In this document: positions 47,182 to 49,722 of the stretch, piece after piece
How positions within the stretch are numbered: position 1 is the stretch's first letter
How the letters are laid out: each line of letters begins with the position of its first letter
Assembly: GCA_001872945.1 (NCBI GenBank)
Contig: MNYC01000030.1
Location: 1-49,722 of the forward strand
Direction of reading: 5' to 3'
DNA from: a bacterium CG2_30_37_16
GTDB lineage: Bacteria; Patescibacteriota; CPR2
Length of the DNA: 49,722 bases
Notes under the pieces: model-generated
What the model was told of the DNA's origin: nothing
The model's input: only the letters and a program-made list of their open reading frames with translations
Databases searched by the model: none
Translations under genes and position numbers: made by a program

Positions 47182-48387
47182 ATGTTTTTTTATTGGAAAG
47201 CTGTGGATAAACAGGGGAATGAAAAGGAAGGCGATATCGATGCCAGAAGCCGCGAGGATGTCGTAACCATCCTAAAAAAGCAGGGCTATTTTGTTATCTC
47301 AATAAAAGAACAAAAAAAGAATATTAAAAAGAGAAAGAAATTAAATTTTTTTGGCAAAGCAAAAAACATGGATAAATTAATTTTTACCGAACACTTGGCA
47401 ACAATGATAAAGGCAGGTATCCCCCTTAACGATGCTTTTAATATTCTGTCCGAAGATACTCTAAATGAAAATATGAAGAAAATTATCTTGGATATGCAAC
47501 AGGGTTTAGAAAATGGACATGCCATTTCTTCAGTTTTATCGAACTATAAAAATGTTTTCTCAAGTTACTATATTAATATTGTGAAAGCCGGCGAGCAAAG
47601 CGGAGACCTCGATAAATGTTTGAGAAGACTGGCAACTCATTTAAAAAAGGATATGGACACCAGAAATAAAATAAAAAGCGCCTTAATTTATCCCGCTACT
47701 TTGATGTTTGCAGTCTTAATATTAGTTTTTATTTTAATGACATTTGTAATTCCCAAAATTGCCAATTTATTTGCTCAGTCGGGTATAAAACTGCCTTTGT
47801 TCACACGAATTCTCCTTAATACGGGCTTCTTTTTAAATAAAAGGTGGCCGATTACTGTAACTGTTTTTATCTTACTTATTGTTGGCGGAATCTTGACCTT
47901 AAGAACAAAATCATCAAAAGATTTAATTTCCAAACTAACCTTGAAACTACCCAAATTTAATATATTAGCTAAGAATGTTCAATTATCACGATTCTCGAGA
48001 ACTTTATCCACCACCATTTCCTCCGGTCTAAACATTACCGATGCCCTAAAACTGACAGCCGAAACGCTAAACGTTGTTTACAAGGAAAAGGTATATGGCT
48101 TTGTAAAGCAAATTGAAAAAGGCAGGGATTTGTCTCAAATCTTAAAATCGGAACCGGCTTTGTTCCCCGGTGTGGTAACGGGCATAGTGAGTGTTGGCGA
48201 AAAAACGGGAACCCTAGATGAATTATTAGAAGGAATGGCCGATTTTTATGAAGAAGAAGTTGACAATTCTATCAAAAATATCACTGCATTAATTGAGCCA
48301 GCATTACTTATTATTATGGGTCTTGGCATTGGTGGTCTAACGGTTTCAATTATTACTCCAATTTATCAATTTATTTCAAACGTCTAA
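47182..48387 (+). CDS. pilC: Type IV pilus platform protein PilC/GspF
   Basis: LATMIKAGIPL; AGEQSGDL; SALIYP; VGEKTGTL; LIEP; PIY. Confidence 0.96.
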   Translation: MFFYWKAVDKQGNEKEGDIDARSREDVVTILKKQGYFVISIKEQKKNIKKRKKLNFFGKAKNMDKLIFTEHLATMIKAGIPLNDAFNILSEDTLNENMKKIILDMQQGLENGHAISSVLSNYKNVFSSYYINIVKAGEQSGDLDKCLRRLATHLKKDMDTRNKIKSALIYPATLMFAVLILVFILMTFVIPKIANLFAQSGIKLPLFTRILLNTGFFLNKRWPITVTVFILLIVGGILTLRTKSSKDLISKLTLKLPKFNILAKNVQLSRFSRTLSTTISSGLNITDALKLTAETLNVVYKEKVYGFVKQIEKGRDLSQILKSEPALFPGVVTGIVSVGEKTGTLDELLEGMADFYEEEVDNSIKNITALIEPALLIIMGLGIGGLTVSIITPIYQFISNV

Positions 48388-48390
48388 CAT

Positions 48391-48861
48391 ATGAACAATT
48401 TTAAAAAAGGTTTCACCTTAATCGAAGTATTATTAGTTCTTTTAGTCATTAGCCTTCTAAGCTTAGGGATCATGAACGGATACTCGAATTATAATAGTCA
48501 GAACAGCTTAAAAGAAAATGGCAAACAAGTAAAGTCCATCATCCTTGAAACCCGGTCAAATTCCATAAGCCAAAAACTAGAACTTGGTTGGCAAATTGAA
48601 TTAAATGCAGATAATATTGTACTTCAAGACCAAAATGCCGAAAACAAACGCACTTTCAGTTTGCCCCAAAAGATTCAAATTACTAACATTTCACTGAATT
48701 CGGGTGGCAACATTATAGCGTTTGATAAAATGACGGGAAATACCACTAACTATGGTACCGGATCAAACGACCTAGCCTTTAAGCTCAAAAATTTAAACAT
48801 AGGAAATGAAATGCTTTTTTCTTTAAGACAAGACGGCAAATTGGAGATCATAAATGAGTAA
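48391..48861 (+). CDS. Minor pilin (FimT/GspH-like)
   Basis: KKG|FTLIEVLLVL; IAFDKMTG. Confidence 0.88.
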   Translation: MNNFKKGFTLIEVLLVLLVISLLSLGIMNGYSNYNSQNSLKENGKQVKSIILETRSNSISQKLELGWQIELNADNIVLQDQNAENKRTFSLPQKIQITNISLNSGGNIIAFDKMTGNTTNYGTGSNDLAFKLKNLNIGNEMLFSLRQDGKLEIINE

Positions 48862-49495
48862 CAATAGGGGATCACTTCTTTTAGAAGCCTTAATTTCAAT
48901 TACCTTATTATCCGTTATTTTAATTTCGGTTTCTTCGGCGGTTCTGGCATCTATTAGGTCAACAGCTTTGGCCGGCAACATAACTCAGGCAACCGCTTTG
49001 GCCCAGGAGGGGATAGAAGGTACAAAAGCCATTTTAACAAATAAATGGCAGGATATTTATAAACCGCTCGGCACAGGAAATAAAGGAAACCTTTTTCCGT
49101 ATCATCCTATAATAAGTAGCGGATATTGGAATCTGGCAAGCGGCAGCGAATCTATTACACTAGGCAACTTAAACTACATAAGAGAAATATTTATTTATGA
49201 CGTATTTAGAAACCAAAGGGGCGGAGTTGGCGCTATTGTAGAAAATGCAATTGTTCAGGATCCGAAACAAAATATCTGGGAAGACCCGTCCACTCAAATG
49301 GTTACAGTAAAAATAACTTTTCCACATGGCAGTCCCATCTATTTAAGCCAATATTTTAGTCGTTGGCAAAACGTAATATTTACTCAAAATGACTGGTCCG
49401 GAGGATCAGGGCAAGCTAATTGGGCCGACCAAAGTAAGTTCTACATAGAGAACCAAACTGATACCGCAACAGCCAATGAAATTAAGCTAAAATAA
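48854..49495 (+). CDS. Minor pilin (PilV/GspI-like) ending in a QNDWSGG segment
   Basis: NRG|SLLLEALISI; ATALAQEGIE; C-terminal FTQNDWSGGSGQ. Confidence 0.85.
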   Translation: MSNNRGSLLLEALISITLLSVILISVSSAVLASIRSTALAGNITQATALAQEGIEGTKAILTNKWQDIYKPLGTGNKGNLFPYHPIISSGYWNLASGSESITLGNLNYIREIFIYDVFRNQRGGVGAIVENAIVQDPKQNIWEDPSTQMVTVKITFPHGSPIYLSQYFSRWQNVIFTQNDWSGGSGQANWADQSKFYIENQTDTATANEIKLK

Positions 49496-49557
49496 TTTTT
49501 TGACAAACTTATTGTCATTATTGGATGTTGTGATAAAATTCCGTCTTTTTAAATTTT

Positions 49558-49722
49558 AGAGCCTGTTCAAAATCTCATGTCGAGCTGAAATTTTCATAAT
49601 TTCGAGCGAAAATTTTTGAAATTGAGGAAGAATATCAAGATACTTTGACGAGATTTCTACAATTTGCAGCCGAAATTATGAGATTTCAGCCGATAAGCCC
49701 GTTATTTCTTATACTGGCGGTG
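49558..49722. mobile_element. MITE-like/IS5-type end with a long internal hairpin (truncated by the window edge)
   Basis: Starts TAGAGCCTGTTCAAAATCTC. Imperfect inverted repeat 49580-49693 (GCTGAAATTTTCATAATTTCG ... CGAAATTATGAGATTTCAGC) centred on TATC-aa-GATA. Confidence 0.55.

Noticed and set aside
729..47525. Numerous 60-135 aa antisense or alternate-frame ORFs inside confident genes (e.g. 729-1049, 6720-7085, 25486-25893, 35861-36256, 43681-44049)
   Set aside because: Shadow ORFs of well-supported genes, without recognisable protein motifs.
1..49722. Alternative genetic code (UGA=Gly or TAG readthrough)
   Set aside because: Conserved genes are full length in code 11 and end in TAA, TAG or TGA (e.g. 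uppS TGA, tsf TAG).
1..49722. CRISPR array, tRNA/rRNA genes, prophage, DGR or defence system
   Set aside because: No regularly spaced repeats, cloverleafs, reverse transcriptase, cas or phage genes were seen; intergenic gaps are short.

Overview
AT-rich bacterial chromosomal window in standard code 11, with the gene content of a reduced Patescibacteria/CPR-type genome (this taxon call is inference). About 0.3-27 kb is mostly housekeeping: rplU, parAB, lepB, LCP, htrA, prfA, rpmE, rpsB-tsf-frr-uppS-polyprenyl synthase-rseP-proS, mreBCD-mrdA, greA, class I lysS, serS, hpf and secA. About 27-35.5 kb holds Ig-repeat surface proteins, an orphan histidine kinase, YjbQ, a His-phosphatase and Elp3. 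About 35.6-49.5 kb is a monoderm type IV pilus locus with five pilin-like genes, a PilM-PilN fusion, PilO, PilB and PilC. The most unusual points of this locus are (i) a PAS-PAS protein + GAF/PAS histidine kinase + stand-alone receiver module inserted directly before the major pilin, (ii) two secreted proteins sharing a ~120-aa domain I cannot assign, and (iii) a PilD-like membrane protein lacking the catalytic GxGD motif. Features missing from the ORF track include an IS5/IS1182-like element at the left edge, a MITE-like hairpin element at the right edge, a ~230-nt rod-shaped ncRNA candidate (1272-1501), an ~80-nt three-way-junction RNA candidate, the rpsB (t44) leader and a greA leader hairpin. 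All calls were made by eye from motifs; no database searches were run.
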